Position numbers and translations under genes: made by a program. 64,000 nucleotides of DNA from Hyphochytrium catenoides (lineage: Eukaryota; Protista; Hyphochytriomycota), in NCBI GenBank assembly GCA_900088475.1, contig FLMG01002493.1, positions 55,065 to 119,064 on the forward strand. The letters are read 5' to 3'. A model generated the notes under the pieces. It was not told the origin of the DNA, made no database searches, and was given only the letters and a program-made list of their open reading frames with translations. Below, in pieces: positions 61,201-64,000 of the stretch (positions are counted from its first letter, which is position 1; every line of letters begins with the position of its first letter).

Positions 61201-62066
61201 AACGCTTTCTCCATCAGGAGGAGGCGGAAGAGGCGACTTTGGAGGACCAAGCACTAACACCATCATCTCCATTGAGCGCATCCACTTCTCTTTTTCCGTC
61301 GGAGTATCGGCATAACAGTACCAGGTGCGTCCCTGTGCTGTCTGGATCTTGAAAGCGTTCATATAAGTGTGAGATGCACCTCGTCCATCCCATTCCTCAA
61401 CTCCAATCACTCCCATCTCTGCCTGCGGAAATATCATAAGCTCCGCGTCTTCTGACGAACTGTCGATTGGAAGAGAGCAGGAGTCAGTGTGTGGGGCATC
61501 AGAGCGTTAGGCATTGTCAGTTCAGGCAGGAAAGATAGACGCCATACTTGAGGCACAAAGATGACCCAGGATAAAGAGGGACCGAGAGAGCTAGCAGCCG
61601 GTGGGTTGATGGGTGGATGCCCACAAGATTGCAAAAACGAGTATCTCAAGAGGACAAGCAGGGGTGTTGTGGACATAAGCTCGTCGGATGTCTCATCGCC
61701 CATAGAGCCATCAAGACACGAGCAACTAGGAGGAGAGATGAGGATGACAAGGTACGCAGAAGAAAGGGAGGATGCCAAAGGAAAGTGGAGATAGGTGGGA
61801 GCAAGGCAGTAGAACGAAGGTTTAGATAAATGGGAAAGACGTGGGAGCGATAAAGAGAGGAGTCGCAGTGTGCCAGATGCATGCAGCGTTTGATAGCCTT
61901 AGCGAACAGTGTCATTCTTTGTCTTCAGGAAGGCATCGTCGGCTTACGTGTAAAGACTGAGATGGGTCCCAATCTGGACGCAGTATTTCCTCGTCATCGG
62001 TGGCCCGGTCAGCGTGTTCCGGAGGTAAAGGTAGCCCTCACACGAGGTCGTCGTGATCTCAGTCAT
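58300..62066 (-). CDS. Type III phosphatidylinositol 4-kinase (beta-like) with N-terminal PH and degenerate FYVE-like domains
   Basis: Exon 1 from 62066 (MTEITTTSCEGYLYLR..KYCVQ) splices in phase to a 3.1-kb exon: PH (EKEKWM), CKNC..CDDC, EFYWPQ, FSTRARAP, KSNDDLRQE, KDRHNGN, HIDFGF, ETAPFKLT, YDNFQ. Confidence 0.95.
58768..58831. other. Assembly gap (64 N) inside the PI4K kinase domain
   Basis: Run of N. Confidence 1.
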
Positions 62067-62876
62067 TGTTATTGTGACGAACCTGAAGACAGAGGTGTGA
62101 GGTCAGAGATCAGTAGAGTGGACAAAGACAGCCTGGCAGAGCAGAGAAGGATTGTTTAGGTAGAGGAAGATGTTAGTCCGGGATTAGACGGACTTCGGCT
62201 CTCCCAAGATCTCCAGGGCTTAGAACTAAATGAGCAGCGCAGCTGGGGAAGAGGAGCAACAACGAGCAAGATAGAGACGGAATCAACGCGAAGGTAAGAG
62301 GCTCCGCGTACCCAGTGAAGCTTTGCACGCAGGGGAAGGTCGCAATGAAGAAAGATTCAATTAGAGTCCACGGAATCCAGGAGCATATGGACCAGGTTCC
62401 CAGTCAGACAAAGAGGAGTACGGAGGGTTGGAACCGCCAGGAAACTGGAAGGTCAGGCAAAGCCGCCACTTCCTGCGCTGGGTAGCTCTGCCGGGAACTA
62501 CGTCGGACTCTTAGGACTCCACAGGAGACAGTTAGTGCCTGACCTGCCTACACTTCCCGAAGGAGAGGGAAAGAGCTGTTCGCAGGAGGAAAGATGGGGA
62601 TCGAAAGAGCGCTACGGAGAGGAAGAGTGAGAAGTCTCCAGATTAGGGGAAACGACAAGAGGGAGCGTGGGCGCAGTGCGGTAGATGACTCACGCCCACC
62701 AAAGGGAAGACGGAGCGACTCAGGCAGGTCGTTTCTCTGTATCAAACAAGAGACTGGGAAGCAAGGGAAGAGACACTCGACAACCAGAGACAGAGGGAAG
62801 ATATCTTCGACCGCAGGGAAGAGACAGCAAGCAGCGGGAAGTAGAAAGGGGGCAGAGAAAGCGGGCTGTTATAAGG

Positions 62877-63019
62877 TGAGACAGAGAACGAGAGAGAGAA
62901 GAGACAGAGAGAGAGAGGGAGAGAGGGCGAGAACGAGTGACGAAGAGGAAGCGAGGGAGAGTGAGGGGGAGAGAGAGAGAGAGAGAGACAGAGTGAGAGA
63001 GAGAGAGAGAGAGAGAGGA

Positions 63020-63051
<32 letters not shown>

Positions 63052-63150
63052 ACTCAAGACTCAAGAGCGAGTAAGCGCGCGAGAGAGAGAAGGGAGAGGG
63101 AATAGAGAGACAGCGACACGGAGAGAGACACAGAGAGAGAGAAACGAAGG
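62877..63150. repeat. Imperfect (GA)n microsatellite upstream of PI4K (CT on its sense strand)
   Basis: Directly visible. Confidence 0.93.
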
Positions 63151-63245
63151 AAAGCAATCCGCTGTGTAGGAGCATGAAAGATCTGTCTCGAAAAGCCATT
63201 CCCTTTTGCCATCGCCTACTATAGGAGTAAACAACTCCGAAATCC

Positions 63246-63890
63246 TGTCACGTAACCCCTGACACAGAGGCTATAAGCCCCTCATTCCTCCCACCGAGCC
63301 TCCAAATAGCCAATATCGGACTTCAGCGTCATCGTAGTAATGTCGCTCGATAACCTTCGATAAGCAGTATAAAGGCCTCGTAATAGGCCCGCGATGGTGT
63401 TGCTTCTGAAGAGGTACAATGTTCATAGATACAAGCGCAGGGTGAAAACGGCACCGACGTAGGAAAGCTCGAGGACGTCCGAAGTGTCTGAAGAAGGCGT
63501 AAAGCTCGACAATTTACAATCAGCAAGCGCTTTTGGACAAGCAGCAGCAGCGAGCAGCGAAGAATGCGCGCAGCAGGAGGACTATCAAGCCGCTCCAAAG
63601 AAGGGAATCGCTGGGCGTTGGAGAATAGCGTAGGAGTGACATTGGTTAGAAGGTTGGGGTCAGCGCAGATACCGCAGTCCCATCTTCTTGCCCGTCTCTT
63701 GAACAGTTTTATGGCATCATACCTACTGCCGACTGATAAGGTGGACTCTTTTGCGACTTGAATTGTCGATGTGGCCGTGAGTCCAGGCCGTAAAAGCAGC
63801 AGTTTCTCTCCCTGGTCCTGGGTGTCAAAGGCTTGGCTACCTTTGGCAACACCTTTCTTCTTTCCTCTTCAGTACGGAGCAAGTGTTACA
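63246..63890. mobile_element. Possible solo LTR-like element
   Basis: Bounded by TGTCAC...GTTACA (TG..CA, 5/6 inverted match), 645 bp, non-coding, with an internal TATAAA. No matching target-site duplication. Confidence 0.2.
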
Positions 63891-64000
63891 CTATAACCAC
63901 TCTATACCCTGGGGGACTACTCTGTCACGTGGTGGCGCCGATGCAACTTTAATTTATTGCAGGCAAGCAGCCAAGCAAAAGGCCCGCCGTATCTCCTGGG

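Noticed and set aside
37192-62066. Membrane-trafficking cluster (anoctamin, TRAPPC9, PI4K)
   Set aside because: The functional category is broad and abundant, so co-occurrence is expected by chance.
2971-63150. CT and GA tracts plus a shared ttataacag word as terminal inverted repeats of a giant element
   Set aside because: The shared word lies on opposite sides of the tracts, the flanks do not align, and the enclosed genes are ordinary host genes.
62594-63199. ER-rich and SL-rich ORFs on both strands
   Set aside because: They are translations of the GA microsatellite.

Overview
Gene-dense, intron-rich eukaryotic nuclear DNA of about 50% GC, with GT-AG introns, CTAAC/CTGAC-type branch points and two N gaps. 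It most likely comes from an oomycete or close stramenopile relative, judged from DAP-pathway dapA, the oomycete-type Cys-rich '...GVYGC' module and a PH-FYVE-PI4K architecture. Manual splicing gives about 14 protein-coding genes in this order: a truncated hypothetical gene, MMAB, EMC2, a WD40-like protein, RPSA, an AAAP/SLC38 transporter, a degenerate TPS-TPP, leishmanolysin, a short MTHFR, two convergent membrane-anchored CAP paralogues, an anoctamin, TRAPPC9, B12-dependent MetH, DapA and PI4K. There are also microsatellites, short duplications and several decayed coding relics. Main observations: (1) cobalamin, folate and aspartate-family amino-acid genes co-occur (MMAB, MTHFR, MetH, dapA). 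(2) A partial cobalamin-riboswitch-like fold lies upstream of MetH (speculative). (3) The MMAB mitochondrial presequence is out of frame at a (CT)n run. (4) One CAP paralogue has a PR-1-type core and the other a bacterial-type core. (5) Decayed relics are dominated by C-to-T changes. All calls come from reading the sequence by eye; no searches were run.
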